Part shown: piece by piece, positions 14,445-25,377 of the stretch
Numbering within the stretch: the stretch's first letter is position 1
Layout of the letters: every line of letters starts with the position of its first letter
Translations under genes and position numbers: made by a program
NCBI GenBank assembly: GCA_002633005.1
Contig: NMRA01000429.1
Coordinates: 186,001 to 250,000 of the forward strand
DNA length: 64,000 bases
Reading direction: 5' to 3'
DNA from: Phoronis australis
Lineage: Eukaryota > Animalia > Phoronida
The notes under the pieces: generated by a model
Told to the model about the DNA's origin: nothing
Seen by the model: the letters and a program-made list of their open reading frames with translations, nothing else
Database searches by the model: none

Positions 14445-17400
14445 ACACACACACACATGATGTTGTAAACCCTTCTGTAGATTTGTACATTAAAAAGGAC
14501 TCCTTCACAGATCTTCGAATTCATCAAGTGAGCCCTTTCTTAGGCATATTCATCGCATAAAACCTATCAGAAAATCACGATTTTGAGTGGAAACTACAGA
14601 GGATTTGTTAGTATTACCTATACTTGTGAAAGATGTACTCATTGTTGTTCATATGGTGGTAATGATCTGTACCATACCTACGTGCTCGTTCCTTTAAGAA
14701 GGCTGTAACATCTGAAGATGGCCGGAGAAATAACCGACTGAAACGTCGTTCCAATTCAAATAGGCTATAGGTTGGTGTAAATAGATCAGTATATTTTAGA
14801 AATGGTCTAACCCCATCACGACCTCCAAGCGGTTTAGGAAGACGTGACATCTTTTCTTATACTGCTTCAGGTTCAATGTGTTAAAAGTACAGCCAGTGTC
14901 AAACAGTCCACACGACAGGGGCTGTTTTGTGGAATTATCCCCTAGAAACACTGGTGTTTTCAGAACAAAACGAAAAGGAGATTTTTCATGGTGGTGCCTT
15001 ACAACTGGGCAACTTTACAAGCGTCCACTCTCTTAACAGTGGGTATGCTAAAATTTCTGTTGCAAACCCTACAAAATATAGTAGAGTACGCCCCGGGGCT
15101 ATATCCCCCTGTCATGATAGATTTAAAGGGAAATAATGCAATGATGAATTGGGCCAGAAATTAATTATCGACTACTAACCAGTGCCAAGTGGTTCAACTG
15201 TTAATGTTAAACGATTCCACGATTTCGATTGATCAGAATTTGTAGAGAAACCTTGGAAATAATTCTAATCACGAGTTAAAATATAGTCAGTCTTTTACGC
15301 CGTAAGGACCCATAATGTAAAGTACACGTATATTCGATTTGTTTTCGTCTTAACCTTTTAATCCTGATGGATATTGCTTGTATTTCTCAGTAAATGTCCA
15401 TTGAATTGTGGAATGAATGTTCATTATCCGACTCCGTTAATAAGGAAGAGTGATGAAAAGTTGCCTGTTTGGAGTCTGGTGAGCCTTTGGATCGCATAGC
15501 TTTCGGGTCATACCCGGTCCCTTCTTTATTGCTGACAGGTAACTTGCCATCACTTGTCCAGTAAGTTCTTTAGATCGTATCTTAAAATACATGTTCGGAT
15601 TTTTGTTTGAACTTACAATATATCGTCGATTTCCACGACATAGTGGTTGGCAGGTCTAAGTGAGCCGACGATATCGCCACCTGGTGAGTGATTGCTGTTT
15701 GTAATTATCTGCCTGAGGTTTTCAGGGATTCTCCGCACACGCTCAACCATCGCGTTTTCCCTTGAAGTATGGCGAGACAGGACGAGGGACAATAACTTTG
15801 TCCATTCCTTCAAATGCAACACCGTTCACGTCGACGTAAGTTCACATTTGAACATCGACGGCACTTCATCCACTCTCCCAGCGTGTGCCAGGGCTGCGTT
15901 CCGTAGACCCCAAACGTTTTATTAGCACCTGCGGCCAAAAATTCCTCACTTATTGAAACGGCGAATTCAACCCCACAATTCAACAGTTTAAGCTCACCAA
16001 CCAATTACTTCAGTGCCCGTCATTTTGCTAGGATAGGTAAGTGAGCTCCCGAAAATAGCCGCGAAGCACTCCCATTTCACCCGCGTGATTTTTCGGGGTC
16101 TTGCGAGGTCTAACTTTTTCACAAGAAAATTGGTCTACAGAACGCTGTCCAGGTCAACCCTCCAGAGCATTCTATTAGTTCCGAAACGACGATTTCTGAT
16201 TCAAAAATCAATCACATGTATATAACGGTTTGCTCTTACTGAACCGGAGTGCGTCGGGTGAGTGAATCTACCGGCCAGAACTGAAAAACACGTTCGTTTC
16301 AAAAATGGTCTTGAATTCGCAATATCACATACACTTACACGTCAAGGTATTAACGTGGCACCTTATAATTGTAGTCACCTCCACATTGCTTTTTTAAAAA
16401 ACATATACCGGGGTTTTCTGTAGATAAGCCCACCCAATGAAGCGCCCATGGGCGTTTGTACGGAAAATTATGCCAAATACACGCCCATGGGCGTTTATTT
16501 GGTGTTACAACTTGTGGTGTCAAGTGTCCAGACAGTGGGACGTTTATTTGGGAATATTCCACTCAGCGTCATTTTTTGTCACAAATTCAATTTGTGGAGC
16601 ATTTATCATTTATGAAAACGAACAACGCGTTGGAGAACTGCATTTATTAACAAAAAAATTAAAAACACAGTTTTAAGTAAAAAAGTGTTAAGTCAAGCAA
16701 AACTATGGCTTTCCGTTTACACGCCCCCTTTTCCAAACAAACGCCCAGGCATTTGTTTGGTGTTGCTAAAACGCCTGAAAATTTTCATTTTCCGAATACA
16801 CGCCCGTGGGCTTATCTACGGAAATTCCTGGTAAGAAGTGTTTTGTAAATATCAAGGAATTTCTCTACACAACGTCCTTCTCTGACAAATGTGCTGGAGC
16901 TATACGGAAGAACATAACTTAATTTGGTGAAAGTTATTGTTATATGCATCAACGATACTACTGTCTAAAACTACTTTTGCTAAACATGATTTAAATGCAG
17001 ACAACTCGTGCTTGCTTCGAGAGGCTCATTTTAGGCTTAAACCAATTCTTCCATTGTGGAAAATAACCGCAAACCGTGATATTCGAATTGTGAATGTAAG
17101 ATATGGAAAGTCAAAATCTCTCGACCTGCCTGACTCCTCACAAGTTCACACGTGGCCTTGCATGCATATGCCAAAGCAGCAAACACTGAAGCCAGGGCAA
17201 CCTTCCCTAGACGTAAGAAACTTGCGAGAACGCAAGATCACGCAAGTCTTCGCGACATATCTCCATGCATGTAAACGAAGCCAGTGATCACACCAAGTGC
17301 AGTGTAGTAGAATGATGTTGGCATTCCCAGTGTTGCCGTGCCTCAGTAAGAATTTATTTGCTGAATGAAAGCTCAAACAATAGCTGACTTGCGAAGTAGC

Positions 17401-19271
17401 CGCGCCATATTGAAATTCAGTAACCGGCCAGACGGCGATCAGGTCTTTGGTGGACAGGCGTACGGCACCATCCACAGACCCCATGTAATGCGGACGGGAG
17501 ATTTCAACCTACTGATTTTAACAGCGTTTCAACATATTTCCTGCTATTATAAAGCCGGCAAATTTCCACTGCAGTTCGGTGGGATGTACTGATACCTTAT
17601 GAAAAAAGCCAAACTTATCAAATATCAATGGATGAACAAGGATAGGCTATCACGTTCCATCCGCCGATGAAGCCAGTGGCTGCGGCTGATAAAGCGTGCG
17701 AATCGAAAAGTTAAAATAAATTTGCGGTCTTAAACGAGTCAAACAATGGGAGGAACTGACAATGGAATTTGTTATTCTGCTTTTGAATTGATGAACCGCT
17801 GTGAAGTAGTTGAATTTCTATCTGAATCAATCGGAAGCCACTTTCGTGCTCTCATTACTCTAGAGAGCGCCAACATGGAAAGTCTCCTATTGAAGTTTTC
17901 TCACTCGTTCCAGAATGTTATTGGTAAGTGTAACCGATAGCGAAGGCAAGACGCGAACCGATGCTACTCGTCGAATGCTTATTCTTGAAGCTATCAAAAA
18001 GACTACAACGTCATCTACTGGACGAACCACTGTTGCGGTGACAACTTCAGGAGCATTTTCTGTTAAGCAGACGACGGGAAGAGTTGTGACTACTGAACTC
18101 TCGACAAAACTGCTTGTTACCCATTCGACAACTAATTCGGCGCCTTACACGACAGATAAATCGAATACCCATAACAACAAGGCAAGTAAAGAAGCATACA
18201 TGTTAATTACGAAAAAATATCTACTTTATCTTTGTGAATAATTAGTGCATACACAATCATGTCATTGAGGTCCACACAACTGTACAATATGCTCCGTTTA
18301 CCGGAATAATCTGAAGGATCTAGGGAAGGCCCGTTTTATCAAATGCCGCAGGCCTAGTCTTACATGCAGCTAAGTTGATAGTGCCTTAAACTTTTATAGA
18401 CAAACTATTCAATAACGTGGTTCATGATGAAGTGAAGTTCGGTGTTGAACCTGAACCTGAACTACAAGCGCATTTACATGTGAGTCAGTAGGCATGCCAA
18501 GTGTTCTCCTGAGCCTGAAGGTGCAACTTTGAGTTATGCAACCCCTGTCTGGATCATGGTATTATGCCTACTTCTATTACATAAATCAAATATCCGGGGT
18601 GTAAAGTTTGCGGATGCATTAGCCTGCATGCGCGCACCCAGCCCGAAAAGGGGGGGAAGGGGGCAAAATTTTTAAAATGTGGACCTTTTACTAAGATTCA
18701 CGGTGAACGTTCTGAGCTATGCATTGTGCATCCGCCGGATTTTGGTAGTTCCTGCCTTTTTAGTGGACCTTTGTCTCGTTTTTCTGAGTTTTTGTTCCTC
18801 TGAGGCGACCTATTTGGCCACTCCGCCAAATAGGGGGGCTCGTTCAATAAAAATAAAAAATAAAATAATAAAATATAACAAAAACAAACAGGGCTGAATG
18901 TTACGAAGTGTTATTATGTTGATGAAATATTTGGACTGACGAAACTCATGCTGTGTTATAAATTAGTGAACATAAAAGAATGATTATCTTTAAGTAAGCG
19001 AAAATATTTTGTTTCATTGAAGTGATGCAATGTGGTATCTTAGCATTTTTGTCGATACTTTTTTCAGGGTGACAACATTCACATTACCATAAACGAAGGA
19101 TTTGGCACCTGGGAAATAGTCGCCATAGCAACAGGGTCTGCACTTTGCACTCTGCTATTGATTTCCGTCGTGATGTTTATGATGAAGAAACGTCTACCTC
19201 TGTCGCTTTACTTCCGCCAAAGAAAACTGTCGGATATTAGCATGGTTTCGACTGACAAAATACCGTACTGA
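550..19271 (+). CDS. VWA7: VWA7-like / hemicentin-type VWA domain protein with C-terminal Thr/Ser-rich stalk and transmembrane helix; 5'-partial, 14 exons: 550-735, 1148-1360, 2408-2527, 2675-2839, 3208-3347, 3628-3772, 4340-4417, 6268-6405, 7855-8027, 8460-8571, 10977-11074, 15726-15835, 17914-18181, 19068-19271
   Basis: Exons join in frame with matching phases (2150 nt, about 716 aa). Motifs: GKCSHGG..D..GGINKD..SPHHDLH..AA..A..AT (VWA7 N-terminal region), MIDAS LVIDISGSM, GGGDCPE, VYVFTDADAKD, then beta-sandwich-like segments, a T/S-rich stretch and hydrophobic IVAIATGSALCTLLLISVVMFMM-KKR. The symbol is family-level; orthology is not proven. Confidence 0.85.
1148..1360 (+). CDS. VWA7-like exon, start of VWA domain (MIDAS DISGS)
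   Basis: catatag acceptor, gtgagt donor; GTGLRQIIGDGKVKELL...LVIDISGSMSNDI...YVLSTFSDP. Confidence 0.9.
1797..2075. mobile_element. PIF/Harbinger-like MITE (family A)
   Basis: Imperfect TIRs of about 55 bp: tctgtttcaagaaaag...aatttggtattacgct / agcgtaataccaaatt...ttcataaaacagactcc; related ends at 57808 and 63564. Confidence 0.6.
2408..2527 (+). CDS. VWA7-like exon (GGGDCPE)
   Basis: atttcag acceptor, gtaagt donor, phase 1-1. Confidence 0.9.
2675..2839 (+). CDS. VWA7-like exon (VYVFTDADAKD)
   Basis: ttttcag acceptor, gtaaag donor; ALSVALTDSTVYVFTDADAKDPQRLDGVLAMIKAKNIKLEFLLTGKC. Confidence 0.9.
3208..3347 (+). CDS. VWA7-like exon (end of VWA domain, KRHRR)
   Basis: tttacag acceptor, gttaga donor; GQNGNQIKRHRRSSGSDIYAILAKKSGGGVINTDKKNIDDVSRTLTE. 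Confidence 0.85.
3628..3772 (+). CDS. VWA7-like exon ending in GC donor
   Basis: ttttcag acceptor; ...FYVDNTMVAISVHVT...IQLFDSEG; donor AG|gcaagt. Confidence 0.8.
4340..4417 (+). CDS. VWA7-like exon
   Basis: catttcag acceptor, gtaaga donor; GSLATNFTTVVDSFGIKILFLSTPIPG joins to PW in the next exon. Confidence 0.8.
6268..6405 (+). CDS. VWA7-like exon
   Basis: cttgcag acceptor; GPWTIITDHEDYSVEVKASTSFGFRYSFIEEKLPGYWLPVDSNPIIG; hemicentin/VWA7-like pattern. Confidence 0.85.
6802..7487. mobile_element. TIR MITE (PIF/Harbinger-like)
   Basis: ggagaggtttcgcaaagcgaagtgaacgtaaattatgacgcat vs reverse complement of the right end agagcggtctcgcaaaaagacgtgaacgtgaattatcacgcat. Confidence 0.6.
7533..7770 (+). 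mobile_element. tRNA-derived SINE
   Basis: A-box-like tggcctggttg and B-box ggttcaagtcc (7588-7598); no convincing cloverleaf; diverged second copy on the minus strand at 36721-36814. Confidence 0.6.
7855..8027 (+). CDS. VWA7-like exon
   Basis: tttag acceptor, gtaaaa donor; GKNVTIVIETVGHDHIDSLKTVQLLSVNTGDIIQ... Confidence 0.8.
8460..8571 (+). CDS. VWA7-like exon
   Basis: cattcag acceptor, gtgagt donor; AVRIAVFGYDKENNTVERTAAAP... Confidence 0.85.
8760..10003 (-). mobile_element. Helentron-derived non-autonomous element (HINE/DINE-like)
   Basis: Hairpin acttggcgaaat-tt-atttcgccaagt at 9973-9998; matching sub-TIR acttggcgaaat at 8780-8791 next to stem-loop cgctcc-ga-ggagcg (8764-8777); T-rich ends on the minus strand; internal GAT/GAC simple repeats. 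Confidence 0.6.
10727..10852. mobile_element. Short MITE family B (TCGCGA-rich, Harbinger-like); other copies near 5200-5294, 17195-17292, 37951-38081, 55392-55530
   Basis: Shared tagacg(c/t)aagaa..tcgcga ends in inverted orientation and a gtgatcacg core in several copies. Confidence 0.55.
10977..11074 (+). CDS. VWA7-like exon (Ig-like start)
   Basis: ttgtag acceptor, gtaaga donor; GDVRPGSTVTVKFNLINFDNDATTLSVNARTNA. Confidence 0.85.
11284..11352. mobile_element. 69-bp hAT-like MITE (catgggcggcgca family)
   Basis: Perfect TIR catgggcggcgca / tgcgccgcccatg; flanks tatac / tacac. Confidence 0.7.
14277..14458. repeat. (TACA)n then (CA)n microsatellite
   Basis: Directly visible. Confidence 0.95.
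15726..15835 (+). CDS. VWA7-like exon
   Basis: ttttcag acceptor, gtaagt donor; phase 0-2 exactly bridges its neighbours; GFSAHAQPSRFPLKYGETGRGTITLSIPSNATPFTST. Confidence 0.8.
16408..16831. mobile_element. Tc1/mariner (pogo/Tc2-like) MITE
   Basis: TA|ccggggttttctgtagataagccca ... tgggcttatctacggaaattcctgg|TA; internal acgcccatgggcgt repeats. Confidence 0.7.
17914..18181 (+). CDS. VWA7-like exon, Thr/Ser-rich stalk, GC donor
   Basis: gttccag acceptor; MLLVSVTDSEG...KKTTTSSTGRTTVAVTTS...NNK; donor AAG|gcaagt. Confidence 0.75.
18627..18845. mobile_element. Truncated hAT-like MITE (catgcgcgcac family)
   Basis: Begins catgcgcgcacccagcc and shares aaatgtggacc / gggggctcg with the copies at 49635 and 53825. 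Confidence 0.55.
19068..19271 (+). CDS. VWA7-like terminal exon: TM helix and cytoplasmic tail
   Basis: ttttttcag acceptor; GDNIHITINEGFGTWEIVAIATGSALCTLLLISVVMFMMKKRLPLSLYFRQRKLSDISMVSTDKIPY*. Confidence 0.75.
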   Translation, partial: GDNIHITINEGFGTWEIVAIATGSALCTLLLISVVMFMMKKRLPLSLYFRQRKLSDISMVSTDKIPY

Positions 19272-22200
19272 CAACACGACGCACTTGGTTTGTAGATAGT
19301 TACGTAACGCTATCCTCCTGTAAACTTTGTAATGATGTTTTTTGTAAATTAGTTTGGGCTCGTAAGTGTTACATACATAATTTGATAAACAAGTATGCGC
19401 TTCAAAGTATGATGTGGTTGTATTTTGCATTAGGCGTTGCTAATGAAAGACGTAGGCCTAGTAAAGGTAAAAACATAGTTAGTTCTGGTCTGTACCCCGA
19501 ATCAATTCGAGAACGTCACTGAACGATTAAAAAACGCCCCGCACCAATTTCATCCACGGTCTCGTGGTTTTTGAAAAGCTGCAGCAAGCCTGGTAAGAAA
19601 GGGAAAGCAAGGTTTGAAGCGCCATATTTTGCCAAACGATGAGTGAAAACAAACATCAGTCGTGCTCGTCATGGGTGGATGTTCGTTTCTGAAAAAATTA
19701 AAACAAAAAAAAAACGCATCACCGATTGTACTTTCAAAACACTCACAAACTGGAACCATCTATGCTTTTGTGGCGAAAACATAAGATTACTCTAGTACCG
19801 AAAGTAAGTTTTTGGGTTGAGTGTGGGTGAGGCGGAAGCAATGCGGGCTTCAGTCCACAGAAAAACATCTTCATCACGGTTTACTGAAACTTCACAGAAT
19901 TTGCTAAGGAGTCAAGAGCATCCCTGACCCCGCTAGACATGACCTCGGGCACGCAAGTTCGTTAGATAGGAAGTATTCGCCTATTTCCGAATGTTCTTAT
20001 GAGTGGTGGGCGCAAACGAATTTGAACGTTATCTGTCAGTATCCCACAAGAGGAACATATGATATCAAACGATCTTGGATTCATATACAGAGATGCAATG
20101 TTGTTTTATGTCATTCATTCAAACACTGTTGTTGTCGTCAGATCACTTAGAAAGTTCATTTTAAATAATTCTCATCGACCCATAGCATGCACGCGTCTTT
20201 CCGTTTGTAAAGTTTATTTTTGTTTTCAGACAATAACAGGAATAAACGATTCATATTCATGGTAAACACGCTTAGGGCATGCACTGTTCTCCCGTAGTCC
20301 TTGCCATAAAATATTTACATGCCACCTATCACAAAGAGTAAACGATCAATACCAAACACCGTTATTTTTAACAACAATTATATGAACACTTTACAATGTT
20401 TTGCTGTGTCATACTTTTTGACAGTGTATATTAATTGCATTGCACAGCGTACGTGATTATAACCTTGGGTTATTACATCAAGATACTTGATATACAAGCA
20501 AAACTAAACTCGGACTTCGTTCTCGTTTAAATCGACTTTCGCATCTCGAATCTCGATACAATAAACCACCGTCATCATGTCCTACGTTGTATAGCATATT
20601 TATCGTAATACACAGTAACTCTTTAAGATGCTGATCTGAATTAAAATTATGCACGAATTTCTCCACTAATCTGTGCATTTGGCTAAGTATCTATATAACT
20701 ATATAAATTGACCTTATACCTAACTGCAACCACTTGGGTCACGTGATCGTGTTTTTAAAAGGCTACCAAAACCAAATTTGGCCTATTAATAGATTATAAT
20801 ACGACGTTCCCATCCAATTCTATGAAACAAAACAATGCTGTGTAACCCTCGACAACCCTAAAAAGTTTTCGGGAAAAATTGAAAACTCCTTTCAAAGTCT
20901 GCTAAACGGGCAAGCGTGACCTACGCTTTTAGCGAATTGCACGGCAACTGTGGGAAAGACCACCCACTGAGAACCATTACAACCAATCTGTGACATTGGG
21001 AGTATGAGTCCTTAGCTGATGCCTGATTTTATCATTCAAGATTGACGTCAATGGCTGCATCAGCAGGTGACAGAAAGATGATTGGTCGAAATCATCAAGA
21101 CAGGGTTTAGTGTACTTTTAAGTAAAATTTAGCCAAAAGGAAAGGTCCAGTGTTAGCAAAATGACGGTGACCATAACATGACCAACTTTCGTTTGAGATA
21201 ATTTTCTAGATAAGATCTCAAAACCGCTGTTACAGTTTTCTAAATAATCATTTCGTTTTCGCTTTAGGCAATTTTTGTGGGTTTCATGAAAATCATTAGA
21301 GTCATAATTGTGGTAGCCGCTCATGCAAAGTGAAACATTTTAAGAACGATCCCTGGTGTTCTTCCATAGTTTAACGTTGGATAACACAGTTTCTACACGG
21401 ACGTATCATCACGTTTATTTAGAAGTTAGCATGATAATTATTAAGTCAAGGAAAAAATTTGAGTGAAAAGCTACAACTAAAAGTCTAAGCGTAAACCAAT
21501 AACCAAGCTGTTTACAGTCTCAAGCTTGACTTGAATTTTCAAGGGTAATGTAGGATAAACTGATTCACGACCGAGGGACTGAAGAAACAAAAAAAGAACG
21601 AACAGACGAAAAATAGCCACTGGGTTCATTTTTACAAAATGAATTTTTGAATGCGCAAATAAATGGAGCGTATTAAAACAGGTCTTGTATATACTGTGTT
21701 GCGCGCTATTTGCTTCCATTACAACATCCCACAACGTGTGGAATGTTAATGCCAGTTTCGCATGGATGGATACCTTTTCCGACAAATAATTTCCTACAAA
21801 AGGGTTTAATATGAGAGTAGAGCACTCTAGAAAGACTCTTTTTCCAACCTCACAAAACTGGTAGGAAAATCTGCTTAGTTCTGACGACAGTGCACCTGTT
21901 CTTGGACTGCTTTAGGCTTTTTAGGTTAATTAAGCTGTGCAAGAATTAGGTTAATAGAGAAAACGTCTTCAAACTGATGTTTCTGGCCCAAGACTTTGCG
22001 AAGTGTGGCCTTTTCATGGAAGCTTCCGACAAATGGGTGCCTCTCTAGTCCACTTTCTAATCTGGTAGATATCCTTATTTTCCAGCTACACCCCGTCAAA
22101 ATTATAGTCGAGTACCCCCAAGCGAATAATCGAAGCTATCAATGAAATGCCATCGGTCCACAGGCAGGTGGCGCTGTACAATTGTCGCTGTGTCTTGCCT

Positions 22201-22393
22201 GGTAGCACACATACTGGACCTTACGGCCTTCCTTCCACTCTGTCGAAGGCCCTATCAACAAAATGGAAAGCCATACGCACTACCACAGGAGCTTTATTGT
22301 GTCTCATATTCGTTTCAAATTACCGAAAAGAAAGCCAGGATCAGAAAAAATAGCAAATACGTAAAATCTACGTTTTCAGCCTCAAATGCACAC

Positions 22394-24671
22394 GGCTAAA
22401 TCACAATCAAGGTACATATTCGAAAGTTGACTGTGTTACGGCCTAAAATAAACTTTTTGGTCACTTACCAAATGAATCTCATATGCAAAGAATTGTTTAG
22501 TTGTGCCAATTAAAAAAAGAATAATCAAAATCGGACAATGTTTGAGAAATTTATGCATGCTTTTGTTTATGAATTTCATGCATTTTAACGTTACGAGTGG
22601 TCATTTTAAAAATTACAGTTTTCAACTGTCAACGGTAGAAAAGAAATTTATTGTATTAAGTAAGCAATTGCTTAGACATGACTGGGAATAACTTGAGTCA
22701 CTTTCAGAATCACTAAGATGAAGTTGTGCTGAATCATTGAGAAATGGTAGGGTTCATCATAAAACAGGCCCTCGTTAAGAAATTTGTAAATTCTGTGTTT
22801 CTAACCCTCACCTACTGTAAAGAAGGTTAAAAACTAAAGTCTACACTCTGTAATAAAAAGAACTTCAGAATATGTTAGCCTAGGCAACACAGCAAATTTT
22901 TCAATATCTAAACAAACCAAAAGTTTGGAAATTGACTGAGTTCTGCTATGTTGAAAATGGGCCAAAAAGACTAACAAAATGTAGTGTACGTACCCTCATG
23001 TGGAATTTAGTAAGACAAATGCTCATTGCAAATGAAATTATTGCCTTTTAAATAACAACATGGTTCTTATTATCACCAAAGAAAAATAAATGGCCATACA
23101 GCATTATGTTACCACGTGATGCAGAATTCGTACCCCCTTTTGTAGTGTACGTACCCCCATGTTTACAAATGCCATGAAATTAAAATATCACTTGGTAAGT
23201 GCGCAACATTGGTCATAGACAGTTTCCTTCCTTAAAACTGTTAGGTTAAAAGAGTGTTTATTGCAAATACATTTGTTTTGAGTGAAATATTAGCATTTTT
23301 GTACATGAATGCTGTGCTTTTTATTTTTTCACTTTGAACTGATTTAGTAAATCAACTAACTCTCAGTAGACTCTTAGTATTTAGTTACAAACCTGACATG
23401 TCATTGAAATGTAGTGTACATACCATTGTGTAGAGTACGTACCCCCATGGGAACAAATACCATGAAACATAACTTTTACACGGTAAGTATGCAACATTTG
23501 TCACAGAGTTTCCTTTATTAAAATGATAGGTTGAAAGGGTGTTAATTACAAATGCATTTGTTTTGAGTGAAATATTAGCATTTGTGTAGTGTACGTACCC
23601 CTATATTTTAGCATGTGCCTGTTTTCAAAGAATGGCACACAGATATACACATTTATGCTGTACTTTTTATTTGTTCTCTTTGAATAGATTTGGTAAATGA
23701 ACTAACTCTAAGTAGATTCTAAGTATTTTTTATAAACCTGACAAGTCATTGAAATGTAGTGTACGTTCCCCTATGTAGTGTACGTACCTCAACCTCTTGG
23801 CTATAAAGTATTTCCCACAAGTTAATATTTTTACACACTGCTGTTCTCATGCACAATACTGATAGTTCCAGAATACATCCAGTCTGACAAAAAAAACAAT
23901 GGACATTATTAAATTTGTGGTCATTAAAACGCCACACAGGACTTGGCTAGTAACATCCTAGAAGACACGTCATGTGACAACTGATGTTGCTGAGGCAGGT
24001 TCTCTCTCTCATGACAACTTGCAACAAACCAACAAGTAGAGGCAGCACAAAACCATCCCATACATTTGTAACTCACTCAAAATTTGCCGTTGATTGACTG
24101 TGCGTAGTGTACGTACCCCCCAACCAGTACCATTTTTACTGTTTACAAGTTAAACACTGGGCCTAGCATTGCTTTAACTATTTTGACCAACTGATAAGTG
24201 TGTTGAAAACTAGGCAAATAGCACCAATAAAGTTTTTGAAAAAAGTAGTTACTTGTCATTTTCTTTTTGTAAGAATCACATTGCAAGAGAAAAAGTTCTC
24301 ATTATACTGTATTAAGATATGCAATGTATCATCATCTAGAACAACTTGATCAGCACGGTAGTAATTTTTCTTACTTAAGCATATGATACGTCTTTAATTT
24401 GATCAAGAACTTATTAAATTAACAGCTACCTTACGAATTTTTACATGATAGAAGTGGGCTGTGACCACAAGTTGTAGTGTACGTACCCTTTTATACAACT
24501 GCGATGCATTAGGCCATAAAATTTTATTCGGTGGTTCTTGAGCAAAAATATTTTAGATTACAAACCTTGAATGATGGTACTTTATAATAACTCAGCTTTT
24601 ACAGTTATATGACAACCTTCATTTTTCACCAAAAGTGGCCAGCAAATATGGACTTTGATTGTGATTTGCCC
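22394..24671. mobile_element. Unclassified 2.3-kb non-autonomous TIR element with internal spaced motif array
   Basis: TIRs ggctaaatcacaatcaaggtacatatt / aatatggactttgattgtgatttgccc; about 9 copies of tgtagtgtacgtacccc; imperfect internal duplication of roughly 300 bp; no long ORF; TSD not evident. Confidence 0.6.
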
Positions 24672-25377
24672 GGCAACTTCCCTGCCAAGGCTCGACACGA
24701 ACCAACACTAGCTTCCGGAAGCAAATTTACTAGACATTCTACACATGTTGGTAAAGGTTATGCCATTCGATAAAGTTTTTGCAATGTTGTATTGTTTGAA
24801 GGCTACCTCAGTGAAATCGACATGCTGACTGTTCAAAAACACCTACACTTTCCCTAAGTCTGTGTGAACTATCCTTTATTTACCGGATGGCGTAAGCGTC
24901 GAACCTGCAATTTATTCTTTCGCTGTATCGACCTACTTCGGAACCGATCACGCACTTCTGTCATGAATTAATAACTCACTGTAGAAAACTTATTGTAGAA
25001 GGTCAACGTCACGCTCATTTTCAAAATTTAATAACACCAAGTAGCTGATTGCAGAGTTGAGGGAGGAAAAGAGGGAGAAAAAGAAAAATAATGAAAAAAA
25101 AAAACACCATGTGTATCGTTACCGAAATTACACTCGCTGTTTTTGTCCTGTAATTACTCTGTTTTTATAACAACAGCAGCAGCAGCACCAGCAAGGTCAG
25201 TGACTCATTCGCTTCACATCTACATTTTGGTATATCATTATGGGGCTTCAAAAATTGTATGAGATTGAAGGTTTTGCAGAGAAAAGCATTGAGAAATGTT
25301 AACAATTCTTCGTATTTTTTCACACACTGAATCAATTTATAGGGAAATCAGAACACTTCTTCTTGACGACATATTTA

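Noticed and set aside
14255-14560. Cys/Val or His/Thr repeat ORFs
   Set aside because: Translations of (CA)n and (TACA)n microsatellites.
15907-16036. Candidate exon with a strong gtaagt donor
   Set aside because: Its phase (0-1) is incompatible with the neighbouring exons; 15726-15835 fits exactly.
22980-24490. CRISPR array (direct repeats with spacers)
   Set aside because: Eukaryotic context, 17-bp repeats, highly irregular spacer lengths with partly homologous spacers, no cas genes, and the array lies inside a TIR element.
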